A program made the translations under genes and the position numbers. Positions 27,734 to 42,411 of a stretch of DNA of 64,000 nt are shown here, one piece after another (the stretch's first letter is position 1; each line of letters begins with the position of its first letter). The notes below the pieces were generated by a model. It made no database searches. It had not been told where the DNA came from and worked only from the letters and a program-made list of their open reading frames with translations. This DNA comes from the human T2T-CHM13v2.0 reference genome, Homo sapiens: NCBI RefSeq assembly GCF_009914755.1, contig NC_060933.1; one strand, given 5' to 3'.

Positions 27734-29538
27734 ATCATGGCTCAACATGATCCCTACAGACTATCTTTGCACACTACTGGCCCATCCATATGAGAATATA
27801 AAAAACTCCCATATACACTTATTCAATAAGAGGATACTTATCTCCCACACATTTTATAACCGAGAAGGACCGCTTAATACTTCCTGCAATACAGATGTCT
27901 TCCCGAGGTAACTTATAGGATTGAATCTGCATAATTTAAAGACAATAAAGAGGAGAAAATTCCAAATCACCTATGATTCTACCACTAATAATTAACAAAT
28001 GTTCAGGTGTTGTCACATGTGCCTCACATTACATTCACCTCGTACTCCACCGTCATCACCAACCACAGCATGAGAGAAATAATTAAAGTCTCTTCTGTTC
28101 TAATTTACTTGCCTATGTCTTTCACCTCCCCAGAATGTTATTCTCATGCATAATTTTTTCATTAAATATATTTATGAAAAATATATAGTATCACTTTGAA
28201 TAATATTGATGCCTCATTTTTCAATATGTTCTAGTCCCTTGATATAATAGTAATTCATTTTAAATCTTATAAAATTTTCAATGTTTAGAAATTCCACAAT
28301 ATTTCACTCAATTTACCATTGATGGGGTTGAACTTATTTCCATGAATTTCAATACTAAGTTCTGTTCATTCCGCAGTAAATCCTGGTGCACCAGTAGAAG
28401 CACTGCTTATTAAATGAATAACTGTCATTTAAGGTAAAATATAATTCTCTATGCTAAATCTATGCCATTATTTATCATACTGTCTTCTTACATAAAATGC
28501 TTCATCATTGATACCTACTCAAGGAGTTAGTGTATAGAAGGAGTCATTGATATCGGAGCATGTTAGCACAATAGACCTAAGTAACGACTAATCTATAGGA
28601 TGATCAATGATCTATGAAGTGGCCTAGAATAAAAGGCAATACCCAACTAATACTTATTAGCTGAGTTGATAAAATATGTTGTCTGGAATTTTAATTTGGA
28701 TTATAGATAAAATGCCTTCTTGTTGACGGCATGCTGGAAAGAAGCACATAAAATGTAGGTGAATTATGTCAGTGACAAGACACAAGAAGGAAAGTCTTCA
28801 AACCCCTGTTGCTGAAGTATCTAGAGCAAGTCTTGACTTTAAAACCACCAGTACTAAGAACACTGAATAAGATAATAGAACACTATGCTCCTATACAGAA
28901 AAAAAAAAAAAGTAATAAGAAGTATATATACAGGTATATGTTGGAGATATTGCAGGTTTGCTTCTAGACCACTGCAATAAAACAAGTACTTCAATAAAGC
29001 AAGTCACACAAATATTTTGGTTTCCCAGTGTATATAAAAGTTATGTTTAGACTATAATACAGTCTAAGTGTGCAATAACATGTCTAAAAATGTACATATA
29101 TTAATTAAAAATGCTTTATTGCTAATAAATGCTAATGATCACCTGAATCTTCAGTGAGTTGTACATTTGTTTGCTGGTACAGGGTAGTGCCTCAGTGATG
29201 ATGGCTCCTGACTAATGGGGTGGTTTCTGAAGGTTGGAGTAGTTGTGATAATTTCTTAAAATAAGAAAACAATGAAGTTTGCAACAATGATTGACTCTTC
29301 CTTTCACAAAGGATTCCTCTGCAGCATGTGATGCTGTTTGATAGAAATTTCACCTATGGTAGAACTTTAAAAATTGGAGTCAGTCCTCTAAACCCTGCTG
29401 TGCCTTTACTGACTAGGTTTATATGGCATTCTTAATTATTTGTTGTCATTTCAACAATGTTCACAGCATCTTCACCAGGAGTAGATTTCATCCCAAGAAA
29501 CCATTTACTTTGCTGTTGCGTAAGAAACAACTTCTCGA

Positions 29539-29875
<337 letters not shown>

Positions 29876-30318
29876 TTAAAATTTTATCATAAGATTGCAG
29901 CAATTCAGTCACATCTTCAAGCTCCCATTTAAATTTTAGTTCTCTTTCTATTTCCATTGCATCCATAGTTACTTGACCACTGAAGTCTTGAACCACTCAA
30001 AGTCACCCATGAGGTTGGAATCAACTTCTTCCAGACCTCTGTTAATGTTGCCCCCTCTCATGAATCATGAATTCTATTTTTAGGGCACACACAGAGTAGA
30101 TTTAGCATAATTCTTAAAGGCTTTAGGATATTTGAATGATAAATAAGCATTGGCTTTTACTTAAAGTTGCTGGCTTCATTGACCCTTAACAGGAGAGTCA
30201 GCCTGTCCTTTGAAGCTTTGAAGCCAAGCTTTGACTTCTCTTCTTTTGCTATGAAAATCCTAGATGGCATCTTTTTCCAATAGAAGGCTGTTATGTCTAC
30301 ATTAAAAAATCTGTTGTT

Positions 30319-30650
30319 GGCTGGGTGCTGTGGTTCACACCTGATATCCCAACACTTTGGGAAGCCAAAGCAGGGGGACTGCTTCAGCCTAGGAGATCAA
30401 GACCAGCCTGGGCAATATAGTAAGACCTCATCTCTACAAAACAATTAAAAATTAGCTAAGCATGGTGGCAGGGGCCTGTAGTCCCAGCTACTCAGTAGGC
30501 TGAGGTGGGAGGGTTACTTAATCCCAGGAGGTGGAGGCTGCACTGACTGGAAGTCACACCACTACACTCCAGTCCAAGCATCAGAGTGAGACCCTGTCTC
30601 AAAATAAATAAATAAAATAAAGAAAGAAAAGAAGAGAAAAGAAAAAAAAG
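30319..30650 (+). mobile_element. AluJ inside Tigger1
   Basis: J-type gcttcagcctaggag..agaccagcctgggcaatatag; A-rich tail. Confidence 0.92.
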
Positions 30651-32889
30651 ACAATCTGCACTTGCTGCCTCTCCTTGCATTTTTATGTTATGGTGATGAC
30701 TTATTTCTTTAAACCTTGTGACCCAGCTTCTGCTAACTTCAAACTTTTCTTCTGTAGCTTCCTAACCTCTTTCTGCCTTTGTAGAATGGAGGACAGTTAG
30801 GTCCTTGGTCTGAATTAGGCCTTGGCTTACAGGAATGTTGGTGGCTGGTTTGGTCTTCTATCCAGACTATTAAAAATTTCTCCATATCTGCAATAAGGCT
30901 GCTTTGCTATCTTATCATTCATGTGTTCACTGGAGTAGCAATTTTAATTTCCTTCAAAGACTTTCCTTTGCATTAAAAACTTGGCTGTTTGATGCAAGAA
31001 GCCTAGCTTTCAATCTAACTCGAATTTTTACATGCCTTCTTCATTAGGTTTAAACATTTTTAGTTTTTTATTTAAAGTAATAGACATTTGACTCTACTGA
31101 CTTCACTTGAACACATGGAGGCCATTGCAGGGTTATTAACTGAACTAATTTTAATATTGTTGTGTATCCGGCAAGAAGAAGGCCCAAAGAAAGAGAGCCC
31201 TGGGGGAACAGACAGTCAGTGGAATAGTCAGGGCACACACATTTATCAGTTAATTTTGGCATCATATATGAATGAGCATGGCTCATTGCACCCAAAACAA
31301 TGACAATAGTAAAATCAAAGATCGCCAAACATAGACCAACAAAAGAGGTATAATAATAATAAAGTTTGAAATAGTACAAGAACTACCAAGATGTGACACA
31401 GAGACGTGAAGTGAGCACATGCTGTTGGAAAAATGGCTTGCACAGGCTAGCTCCACACAGGGCTCTCAAAAACCTTCAATTTGTAAAAAAACAAACAAAC
31501 AACAACAACAAACATTATCTGTGAAGTGAATATTATCAATGAATATTATCAATGAAGTGAAGTGCAGTAAAACTAGGTCTGCTTGTCATGCACTTTCATA
31601 CATTGCTAATAGTGTGTTTCTATGAAACTACCCATGGTGAGCTGAATCTAAGTTGAAGTTATCAGTAAACAAAGTACATGCTAAGGCAGGCTTTCTGGAC
31701 CATACTTGTCCTTTTGTAAGCTAGTGCAAGATTTATTCATCAAAATGGTTAAAGGAGGCTTGGCTGTCTGGCCAACAAAAGATTTTAGGAACAATCAGAA
31801 ACTCAGGGGTGGAACCAATTGCTTCCCCAAAGTACTAATAATATGATTTTACAATCATGTAAGATAATTTAGAAGATTTTCTGTGTTACTAAAGCCAAGC
31901 AGATTTAACTATTAGAAAGTCGTTCCTTATTTTGAGATGGAATCTGTCTCCCTGTCACCATTTCTACATCTTTTCCTCTTAGAAAGTTTCCTAAACTCTG
32001 TTTTACTACATGCACCCCAAGACCAGCACTGTACATTCCTTGGATATTCTCGTGGGAATATAGGTTTCTGCCTCTTTTGCTCATAGACATAAGGCTAAAT
32101 AAAATGATGGTATGCTTTAAGAAAAAGAAAGCAAATTTACTCAGAACAAATATGGTCAATGTTGAAGAGATTTGGAATTGTTCCCAAACAATTTGGATTC
32201 CCCTGAGTTCACTGACATTATTGTTAATGTTAAATTACATGGAAAGGAATATAAAAACTTGATAAAATTTCCCCATTTGGTAGGTATGTCTCTTCCCTTT
32301 GCTATTCTTGCAGAAGTGTAAACAAAATACTTCTATGTGCCATCAATGTAAGTCTAGAAGAATCAAACAAGGCTTCACTAAATTCAATGAATTTGTTAAT
32401 AAATAACAAGTGGTGGTGATTTGCAGTATGCCATACACATGGATATCTTGCTTGGAAGGATGATATATTTCATGAAATCAAATATTCCTAGTTTTATACA
32501 TGAGATCTCAGCAAGAAAACAAAAAAGACTTCTTGGGTACTCTCATATTTCCATTCTTAAATCTTTCTTTGCCCACCTCTGACCTGGATTTGTCTTCCTT
32601 TTCCAGGAGCCATACCCTGAAGATGAAGACATTAACCTTCCACTTAGCTGCAATGTCTCCACTGAGACATTATTTAGTATTTCCCATATAGTATTCATTT
32701 CCCCTCTATGTAAAGTTCTTAACTGTATCTCCAGTGCTTATTATAACATAATATAGTATACTATAACAATCAAAACCTTGGATAATCATTTCCTCAGTTC
32801 TCTAGCCACCAGGATTAAGTAGCTTTACTCTCTTTAAAGTTATGGGATTTGCTTCTACATCAGATTTGCCTAGGCTTTAGAACTATTTA

Positions 32890-33107
32890 TTTTAATTTAT
32901 TATTTTTTAATTTAACTTTTATGTTCAAGTGTACATGTGCAGGCTTATTATACAGATAAACTTGTGTCATGGGGTTTTGTTGTACAGATCATTTCATCAC
33001 CCAGGTGTTAAGCCTAGTACCCATTAGTTATTTTTCCTGATCTTCTTCCTGCCACCATCCACCCTCTAATAGGCCCCATTTTCTGTTGTTCCTTTCTACG
33101 TTCCATA
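32890..33107 (-). mobile_element. Short L1PA (older, about PA13-16) 3'-end fragment
   Basis: gtacatgtgcagg..taaacttgtgtcatggggttt..catcacccaggtgttaagcctagtacc. Confidence 0.85.
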
Positions 33108-36100
33108 TAGAATTTTTTTTTCCAGTCAGATTTAGTTAGATTCGCAAAAACTATTTTGGCCATTTTCTATTTCAAAGCATGTGCACACACATACACACAC
33201 AAATAATATTAGAAATACTCAATGCATAGATCTTTTGCTCAGTCCTTTAAACATTTAAAACAATATACAATAGTAAATATTGTATAATTGAAGCTTGTAA
33301 AACATAAGCAGGATCTATGTAGTTACTGAATTTTAGTGGCTTAACATCCATACATGTGCAGACAAACAAAGTCATTTCTTACTAACAAAACAATACTGGG
33401 AAAGTTACCAGCCTCTGGATTATACATATTCATGCATTCACTCAGGGATCAAGCTTGACAGAGACTGCCATCTTCAATGCATAGATTTCAAGATTAGGCT
33501 AGGAATTCACACTGAAGTTGGCAAGAAGGGAAAAGGTCATGGAAGAGTTAAGAAGAGTCTCATCATTCAAGGCCTGTAGTTGCTCTACATTATTATTATC
33601 TATATTGCATTTCCTATAACTCAGTCATATCATAGTTCTCAGCTGCAAGGAAGATTGAAAATGGGCAGCTATCTAGTAACAACTCTATGCTGTGGAAGGG
33701 GGTGCACATATTTCTGATGGCTAGCTCTGTCTGCTACAGTGATCAATCAGCTATTCCTGGGTCATGGTTGAGGCTGAATAAAGTTTGTTATGCTCAAATG
33801 TTGTATTGCAAGAACTATTATTATATGTTTGTTCAAAGTGTTTTAAGCTCTCTAAATATTTAAATGCATGTAATGATGCGTAAAATGGTGAAAATGCAAA
33901 GGTAATTCCATACTATATCCTGCTATTCCACATAGCATCTCGTTCTAACATATTTTAAATTGACTTAAGCCTGAGTAGCTAACCTGATTAAATCCATGTA
34001 TGTGCCAGTTGCTTATACAAACTGGTGTATTCTGAATTGCAAAATAAGCAGATGCCTCAAAAATAATATTTTGAATATACACTTTTATCACAAATTGAGA
34101 ACTTTACCACAAATTAAATAGCCACGTGGTATATTTACTATGGCCAACTTAGTTTTAGTACTAAACCAATTATTTCATTATTTTAAATATATAAAAGTAC
34201 CCATCTGCAATAAAAACGGTTTTGGTTTAATCCTTTTCAAACTTGTTTACCACAACAGATAATTTTATGGCTGCTAATAGGCATAGCTATATGTCAAAGA
34301 AATACTTATTTAGATAATTACACGAGAACACATTAACACACAATTATTAATATATTAATACTAATCACACATTTTACCTACTAAAAAGATAATTATGTTA
34401 ATAAAGTGTTAAACTTGTTCACATGATAAATTAACCCTGCATAATGCAAGGTGTTTGTTAATAAATTATTTATTTCAAAGTGTACTTCTTTATTGAAGCA
34501 ATGTAGGAAAAACTGATAGGAAAATCTCACCTACTATGTAACAAAGATGACAGGTTGCCCTATGAATCTGATTTATAAGAACTAACAAAATATGACAACC
34601 TTGAGAAAAGGGTAAAAAACAAATTGAAATGCAAGATAATCCAATTTTAGGAGACTTTAGGTCATGCTTTCCTGAAATTCATGGCTTGTGTCCTAAATCT
34701 AACACTAGTTAGACATTACAAGGTATTTTTTCTAAGTTAAATGTGTACATCAACAGGTGCAGTGATCTAAGGTTTTTAAAAGTAAGATCTAAAATCCCAT
34801 GCTATTTCTGTGGAAAAGATAAAGATGTGCGCTATAGCCTATGAGGCTACACAGGAAGGGCATAGTTTTTTCCTTTCTCCTACAGCCATGTTAGTTTATT
34901 AAAAAAAAAAAAAATGAGGAACATGGCTTCGCTTTGACCTTTTCCTTCCTGGGTTCTAAGTCTGTTGTTAAAATGAACCCTTCTGACTAAGTGTCTTACA
35001 TAACATTTTATTCGTAACAACAGTTTTCACACACTTACAGGTTAATCTCAATTGTGATGACTAATGCCTCCTTATTAATCTTACCTTTTGTGGGTGTATC
35101 ACAATTTACTTAAATAATAAATGGCAATAGATGTAGAATTGGTTTGTTGGCTTGCTCATTTTGTTAATATGAACCATTCTCTGTTGAATATGCTTGCATA
35201 AAAACCTTCATGTGGCTGCTTGTTTTGTTTGCATTTTGAGTGTCATTTTTCATTGACTCTGGACCACGAACAATATTAATACCTCTAATTTTGTGTCATC
35301 ACTGCTCCAAAAATCAATTTTGTGGCAACTTCCACAGAAGCCATAGTTGATTTACCTTGTTGTCATTAGTTCTTGATTGAAAATTCTGGGTGGATAAAGC
35401 CGTGTGATGGGGCTGAGGTCGCAAGCACTACCTGAACTGCCAAATGTTCTGAGAAAGCTTCCATTTTAGCTTCTGTGGGTGGGAACCAGCTCTGCTTTCC
35501 ACCAAGACTTGTATGATGGGAAATTCCCCAAGTATTCCAAGATAATTTAGATGGTTAATAAAGGAGATGTCATTGAAAAGATATTAAATTTTCTGGCCTC
35601 AGATAAATTAATGTTTATGTTAACAGGTTTGATTTTTGGAAAGAACGTTTAAATGATTGTATGTTATCAAATTTATCAATTTTAAAAACCATTGATTTTA
35701 CGTTTGAAAGATTTACCTGTAATCAGAAAAATATTTACCAAAGTTTCTGCTTAGGTATAATTTCATTTTTTAATATATTTTTATTAGACTATCAAAATAC
35801 TTGAGTTTATGAATATTTTTGCAGCACTTCAGAGTGGTCTTATTAAAGTTGAAGGTTTTGAGTATTTTCAAAACAGTATAAATCTTTCTTGGAATAAGAT
35901 TTCAATGTTGAAATAATACCATATATAAAAGATTATGTCCTACTTTGTTTCACTGAACTTCATATCAAAGTATTATTGAATTTCATCAGCAATAGTTATA
36001 AATTAAGTACAGAAAGATGTTTATTATTTTATGTGATACAAGAACCCTAAATTAGTTAAAAAGTTCCTTACTACTGTTCATTTAGAATATTACCAATAGT

Positions 36101-36550
36101 TTATTACTGATTATATATGAGGCACTGCTATATTTTGATAGCAGACAATGCATGATAAAATTTAATTTTCATGTTATTTGTACTTTACAGTTGAGATGAG
36201 AAAATGGAGGCATATAAAATTTAATAACATATCCAAAACGAATAAAAAATACATGGCCTACTAAAGATTTCAGTTTATCTATCTCTTTTTCTCTCTATAT
36301 ATAAGTATATACACACACACATACACATACACACACACACATAAACATATTTATACATATAAACATATATATAATAATCTGTTTTGTTCTCTATTAAAAT
36401 TCTTGTTCTCCATTTAAATTATTTTTTAAAATTTATTAGTACATGTTGCCAATATACTTCCAGTAAAGTAGTGCTGTTTGTGTTCATTAAGATGAAATTG
36501 CTCAATATGTCCCTCTTCTTCCTTATTGATATTAATTATGAAAGTTTTTA

Positions 36551-36964
<414 letters not shown>

Positions 36965-37237
36965 CTAATTTGACTAACAATGTTGGCAATTTTATATGAT
37001 TCAATATTTTTTTCAGTTTTTCATATTTTAAAATCTCCTGTGACTTTTCCACTAAAGTTATTTTTTTGATACTGTCTTAGTATTTTTCTTATCAGCTTGT
37101 ATGAGCTCTGCACATCCAAGTACAATAACTCTGTTGAGCTAATAAATAATTTGATGAGCAGAAACAGGAATTACAACATAGCACATAATACTAAAATTGT
37201 CAATGTAACAGATTAATGTTTTGAAGTAATTTTAATA

Positions 37238-37760
37238 CTATCTAGAGATGGGTGGATGAGCAGATAGATGAAAGAACACTCACGAGACCATAGGCAGGTG
37301 AAATGTAGTTTTATTCAGCAGCTCTCCCATCAGCATCTCACTCACACTAGTTCTCTCACACTGTCCACCTTGTCTCAGCTGCTTAGTCTGGCAGCTCCCA
37401 CACACAGCTGCCTGGCAGGCTCTCCCTTGCCTTCAGGGTCAGCAGCTTAACTCTTTCTCTCGTTGGGACCGAGTGAGCTGAGCTGTGTCCTGGCTCCCTG
37501 TCTTCTGCACAGACGGACAACTCTGACTCTCTCTTTCTCTGGGCACAAGCGTGCCTGTACAATGTCAGCAGGGCAAATTATACCTTTTACAGACAATATT
37601 GGCGTAGAGCCAAATGACGAGCCTTCTCATGCTATGCTACATGGCTGTGTTTACATTATACATGGAATTGTGCACCTGCTTTCCAAACTTGCTGAGTCAC
37701 TCTGGCCCAGATGTCTGCCTCAGCCTATTCCTTGACCAAAGCACAGCCATGTTCCTTACA
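37238..37760 (-). mobile_element. Solo LTR, LTR18-like (ERVL)
   Basis: Minus strand begins TGTAAGGAACATGGCTGTGCTTTGGTCAAGG; poly-A signal on minus strand near 37310; left boundary uncertain. Confidence 0.65.
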
Positions 37761-38444
37761 CTTATATTAATACTAACATTAAAAGTTGATTACAAATGAT
37801 ACATGTTTTTATTAGGCTTTGAAAACCACCCTCAAAGGAAATAGCTAGATTCTGTTTAATTACTGAGCAAGAAATAGCTGACAAAGTTAAAAAGTCAACA
37901 AACCTTTTAATTAAACCCATTGGTTAAACAGGGAATCCCCAATGTATTTAGTCCCCTTTAATCTTGACATCTGTTACATAGCTATCAGCTACCAATTATT
38001 GCTGTAATTTGTGCTATTACTTATCACAGTGTGTATGTATACACAAATGTGTGTATGTATGTATACACGTAGTGCTTTTTGGCAATAAATTAATTCATGT
38101 GCCATAGTTTGCTATTTAAAGCCACCCTGTCTGCCCCTAGTCACTACCCACCAACATGTTTGCTGTTGCTAATGTACACAATATGATTCAAGTAAATGTA
38201 TAAATGAATTACAACTATTTTAAATATACTATGTCAGAATATCCTCTTGATTTTCTAAGGTATCCATACATACTCCTATCTTACAGGGATTTCAAAAAGA
38301 GAAATCAAATGATTGATTATCTCAAACTATTAAGAGCCCACAGTTCACAGTTACAAAGAGCCAAATTCACTTCTAAGCTCTTCTGACATCAATATGTTCA
38401 TAATATTTTTGAATTCTTACTAGATATCAAGTCCTCTATAAATG

Positions 38445-38932
38445 TTGTGGTAGACAGAATAATCCTCCTTCTCACTGGCAAGATGTCCACATCCCAGTCC
38501 CTGGAACATATGAATATATGTTATAGCCTATGGCAACAGGGACATTGCAGATGTTATTAAGATTGTAGGCCTTGAGATGGGAAGATTTTTCTTGACTACC
38601 AGGTGGGCCCAATGTAATCACATAAGTGATTAGAGTGATAAGAAGGACTCAATCCACCATTGATGGTTTTGAAGATGGAGAAAGGAAGCCACCTGCCTGC
38701 CAAGGAATGCAGGCAGACCCAACAAGTTTTAAGAGGCAAAAAAACTAGATTATCCCCTAAACCCTCCAAAATGGTTCTACCAACACTTGATTTTACTGCC
38801 TGTTGAACTTGATGTTAGCCCAGTGCAATCTATGTTAAACTTTTAACCAAAAGAACTGTAAGATAATAAATTTTTGTTTTAAGTCACTAAGTTTGTGGTA
38901 ATCTGTTACAGAAGCAACAGAAAATTAATACA
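38445..38932 (+). mobile_element. MLT1D/C-like MaLR solo LTR
   Basis: tgtggtagacagaataat...ggtgggcccaatgtaatcac...gaactgtaagataataaat...aattaataca. Confidence 0.85.
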
Positions 38933-38959
38933 ATGACTTATGCCATTTAGTTCTCAAAA

Positions 38960-39085
38960 AACATCAGGTAGCATTATTATACTTACTTTACAATAGAGAA
39001 AAATGAGTCTCAAAATGATTAAGTGAACTAAAGTCACCTGGTTAGTGAGATATAAAGCAGAAGTTAAACTCCACATTTCTCTCTG
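38960..39085. mobile_element. MIR fragment
   Basis: attattatacttactttacaatagagaaaaatgag...attaagtgaac..aaagtcac core-like sequence. Confidence 0.55.
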
Positions 39086-39099
39086 AATAAAAATGACAA

Positions 39100-39499
39100 T
39101 TTTAAATCAGGTTTAGCCTAAAGCTGCCTCCTTACATATTTTAAGTTTGGCCTAAAGGTTTTTCTGTACATTGTGAACCATAACAAGTTGAGGTGTAAAC
39201 AGACCATAGCCTACACTTGTGCCAATCACTGAGTTTTGGCTAATCAAATGTAGCCAACTGTTCAAACTGTGTTCAAATAAGGCAATCACCAAGCTGTAAC
39301 CAATCCAGTTGTTTCTGTACCTGAATTTCTTTTTCTGTACCTCACTTTGCTTTCTCTGTTCATAAGTTTTCTTTCACCCCATGGCTGTGCTGGAGTCTCT
39401 GAGCCTACTATGGCTCAGAAGTCTGCCCAATTCGCAAATTGTTCATTGCTCAATTAAACTCCTTTAAATTTAATTCAGTTGAAGTTTTTTTCATCAACA
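39100..39499 (+). mobile_element. MER57 (ERV1) solo LTR
   Basis: gtttagcctaaagctgcctccttacatattttaagtttggcctaaagg...gctcaattaaactc. Confidence 0.8.
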
Positions 39500-40380
39500 A
39501 TTTATGAGACACGTTTTAAAACAATATGCATGGGATAAAGTTTTAGAAGGAAAGATTAAATAGGAATCTGGCAGAGATTTATAATTATATTAGATGTCTG
39601 AGAAATTTCCAGAATTAAGAAAATATACAAGTTCTTAATTAAAACAACATGCCAATTCTTAAGTAGAATAAGAAAACACACATTCAGTTAGACACATCAT
39701 AATAAAACTATTTTTAAAAGCAGAAATTTACTAAAAAATTATAGATGTCATAAAGGAATTTTTAGTAAATAGATAATAGACTTATCAGCAACAACAAAAC
39801 AAGAAAGTATTAAACTTAATTGTCTAAATAATTGAAGAGAGAAAACCAAACCAAACTAAAACAAAACAAAAACAACCCCAGGGGCTTAGAACTCTTAATC
39901 CAGCTAAAGTATCATTCAAGATTAAGAGCAAAATAAAGATAATTACAGTTAAAGACAAATAATAATTTTGTGGTTGAAAATAAGCTGATATTAAGATACA
40001 AGCAAAAGGACACCGTATACAGGAAGAGAATATTAATAGTTGAAGCACTTAAGATTGTTGTACTCTACTGAGATTAGAGCTGATGATTATCACTATATAT
40101 AGCATTCGTGCATTTTTGCTTGTTTGTTTGCTTTTTATAAGTTAAGGTAACTTCTAAGTACAGAAACATCCTGTGAACCTCCAGACTAGGGACGTAAATG
40201 TAAAAGGCTTAGTGGGAGGGAGAATTAAGTAATATCCTTGCATCAATGCAGTAGAGAAATGAAAATAAAAGTAAAGAAACAAAAAGAATAAGAACACTTA
40301 ACAAATAAAAAGTCAAAGTAATTTGCTAAACTCAAAATTATGTGAAGGTGCTAGAGAAAGATTAATTAGACCTCCTGTGT
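39500..40380 (+). mobile_element. Ancient L1 (L1ME-like) ORF1-end fragment
   Basis: A-rich; tagaactcttaatccagctaaagtatcattcaag resembles the PAKLSF region. Confidence 0.55.
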
Positions 40381-40385
40381 CTAAG

Positions 40386-41761
40386 TGAGAGGTGACAGCG
40401 TGCTGGCAGCCCTCACAGCCCTGGCTCGCTCTCGAGGCCTCCTCTGCCTGGGCTCCCATTTGGCGGCACTTGAGGAGCCCTTCAGCCCACCACTGCACTG
40501 TGGGAGCCCCTTTCTGGGCTGGCCAAGGCCGGAGCTGGCTCCTTCAGCTTACAGGGAGGTGTGGAGGGAGAGGCACGAGTGGGAACTGGGCTGCACGCGG
40601 GGCTTGCGGGCCAGCTGGAGTTCCGCGTGGGCGTGGGCTTGGCAGGCCCCGCACTCCGAACGGCAGGCTGGCCCGGGCAATGAGGGGCTTAGCACCCCGG
40701 CCAGCGGCTGTGGAGTGTGTGCTGGGTCCCCCAGCAGTGCCGGCCCACCGGTGCAGCACTCGATTTCTCACAGGGCCTTAGCTGCCTCCCTGCGGGGGGC
40801 AGGGCTCGGGACCTGCCTGAGCCTCCCCCTCCTCCGTGGGCTCCTGTGCGGCCTGAGCCTCCCTGACGACCTCCGCCCCCTGCTCCAGGGCACCCAGTCC
40901 CATCGATCACCCAAGGGCTGAGGAGTGCAGGTGCACGCATGGGACTGGCAGGCAGCTCCACCTGCCGCCTGGGTGCGGAATCCACTGGGTGAAGCCAGCT
41001 GGGCTCCTGAGTCTGGTGGGGACTTGGAGAACCTTTATGTCTAGCTAAAGGATTATAAATACACCAATCAGCACCCTGTGTCTAGCTCAAGGTTGTGAAT
41101 GCACCAATCACTACTCTGTATCTAGCTACTCTGGTTCTACTTGGAGAACCTTTGTGTGAACACTCCCTATCTAGCTAATCTAGTGGGGAAGTGGAGAACT
41201 TTTGTGTCTAGCTCAGGGATTGGAAACGCACCAATCAGCACCCTGTCAAAACAGACCACTCGGCTCTCTGTAAAATGGACCAATCAGCAGGATGTCCGTG
41301 GGACCAGATAAGAGAATAAAAGCAGGCTGCGGGAGCCAGCAGTGGCAACCCGCTCGGGTCCCCTTCCACACTGTGGAAGCTTTGTTCTTTAGCTCTTTGC
41401 AATAAATCTTGCTGCTGCTCGCTCTTTGGGGCCACACTGCCTTTATGAGCTGTAACACTCACCACGAAGGTCTGCAGCTTCACTCCTGAAGCTAGGGAGA
41501 CCACGAACCCACCAGGAGGAATGAAGAACTCCAGACGCACCGCCTTAAGAGCTGTAACACTCACCGCGAAGGTCCGCATCTTCACTCCTGAGACAGCTAA
41601 ACCATGAACCCCACCAGAAGGAAGAAACTCCTAACACATCCGAACATCAGAAGGAACAAACTCCGGACACGCCGCCTTTAAGAACTGTAACACTCACCGC
41701 GAGGGTCCGTGGCTTCATTCTTGAAGTCAGTGAGACCAAGAACCCACCAATTCCAGACACA
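40386..41761 (+). mobile_element. LTR12C (ERV9) solo LTR
   Basis: tgagaggtgacagcgtgctggcag...aattccagacaca; 4-bp TSD taag; CpG-rich U3 and caccaatca repeats. Confidence 0.95.
41035..41325 (+). promoter_or_regulatory. LTR12C enhancer/promoter core: CCAAT (NF-Y) repeats, GATA site, TATA-like AATAAAA
   Basis: ccaatc near 41064, 41104, 41231, 41280; agataag 41306; aataaaa 41315. Activity not shown by sequence. Confidence 0.6.
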
Positions 41762-42411
41762 TAAGCAGCTAAAAATGAGGTATAAAATACAAATTACTAT
41801 TACAAGTTGAGATTAAAATAAATGATACGTAATATCCATATTTAGAAAAGCAAGATAAGGCCTGGTGCAGTGCCCAGGTTGGTTTACAATTCAAATGTAT
41901 TTTTCACATACCCCTGGGAGATATTAAAGAAGTATATATAAAATTATTCCACCACATTGGCTACGTAAATGACATTCAAGATTAACTAATGATGAATATT
42001 CACTCCAAAAGTATTAAACCTATGAAGGAAGAATGAACCATTGTGTTAAGTTATGCCATGTTCTGCTCTTTCCTGAAAATAAGAGAATCTACACTTTCCT
42101 GCCTCCTTCTAATTAGGCAGTACCATTGTCGAGATCTGCTAATTGAAGGGAGACTGTAGCACTTCTGACATGAGCCAGAAAAAAGCACTTGTTAATTTTC
42201 TAGTCTCTCTTCCCCACAAGCCAAAACAAATTTAGAAGATTGCCACGTTGCTGCAAGTAGGACAACTCTGGTAAGTAGCCTGTACCCCAGATAGACTATC
42301 TTGAGTAAAAAACAGTGAAGAAGCATTTTTTTTAATGTGGTAACTGGTAAACATTTTCCAGAATTGATAACAGATTGAAACTCCTTAACAAATTACAAGC
42401 AGAAAAAATAG

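Noticed and set aside
27384-27793. IY-repeat proteins
   Set aside because: Translation of the (TA)n satellite.
27759-27913. Possible exon (tacag|...ccgag|gtaact, one ~49-codon open frame) or NUMT
   Set aside because: Weak polypyrimidine tract, unrecognised peptide and no recognisable mitochondrial match; needs RNA or conservation data.
40385-41585. Overlapping 98-178 aa ORFs
   Set aside because: Stop-poor frames expected in GC-rich LTR12C.
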